A stretch of 63,745 nucleotides of DNA, the filler included, from an uncultured Planctomycetaceae bacterium (GTDB lineage: Bacteria > Planctomycetota > Planctomycetia > Planctomycetales > Planctomycetaceae): assembly GCA_963976765.1 (NCBI GenBank). It is 4 parts of 3 records of this genome, joined end to end, with 100 filler letters (N's around TTAATTAATTAA, not from the genome) between each part and the next. Parts side by side here need not be neighbours in the genome. Positions count along the whole stretch, not along the records: positions 51,280 to 63,745 come from CAXBME010000064.1; 3 more parts are not named here. One strand, given 5' to 3'. This document shows, in pieces, positions 63,730 to 63,745 of the stretch; positions within the stretch are counted from its first letter, which is position 1, and each line of letters opens with the position of its first letter. Under the pieces are notes generated by a model that worked only from the letters and a program-made list of their open reading frames with translations, was not told the origin of the DNA and did no database searches. The position numbers and the translations under genes are program-made.

Positions 63730-63745
63730 GTGTGTGTGTGTGTGT
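63730..63745. repeat. (GT)8 dinucleotide run at the window end
   Basis: GTGTGTGTGTGTGTGT. Confidence 0.8.

Noticed and set aside
1..63745. CRISPR array, cas genes, transposases, integrase
   Set aside because: No regularly spaced direct repeats or matching protein motifs were seen by eye

Overview
A planctomycete-type window, inferred from DUF1501 and DUF1549/DUF1553 proteins, Cys-rich lipoproteins and prenyltransferase-barrel proteins. It consists of four contigs joined by artificial 100-nt linkers (N44-TTAATTAATTAA-N44 at 9461, 19736 and 51180), so adjacency across linkers means nothing. Contig 1 (1-9460): pcm with a signal peptide, a long coiled-coil protein, trxA, a DJ-1/PfpI protein, and exbD coupled to a TonB/TolA-like membrane protein ending in an (alpha/alpha)6 barrel. 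Contig 2: partial lysC, a penta-heme cytochrome c/beta-propeller protein, a degenerate AroD-AroE fusion, a ybdK-like ligase and an NHL protein. Contig 3: the prkA(yeaG)-yeaH-spoVR operon, a Cys/Gln/Pro-rich lipoprotein, DinB, NYN, PQQ-propeller, ThuA, two DUF1501 genes, a 2OG-Fe(II) oxygenase, a histidine kinase plus sigma54 regulator with a downstream -24/-12 promoter and csrA, a prolyl oligopeptidase, an MFS transporter, a DUF1549/DUF1553 protein, and a frameshifted cassette-like gene beside a half attC site. Contig 4: a T2SS gspF-gspG-pseudopilin cluster divergent from a membrane-anchored accessory gene and a 2169-aa RHS protein with a Sec-type N-terminus and a Cys-rich C-terminal domain. 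The best candidates for an undescribed system are the T2SS-linked RHS locus and the ExbD/TonB-like barrel module. No tRNA, rRNA or CRISPR array was seen. All family calls come from motif recognition by eye; no database search was run.
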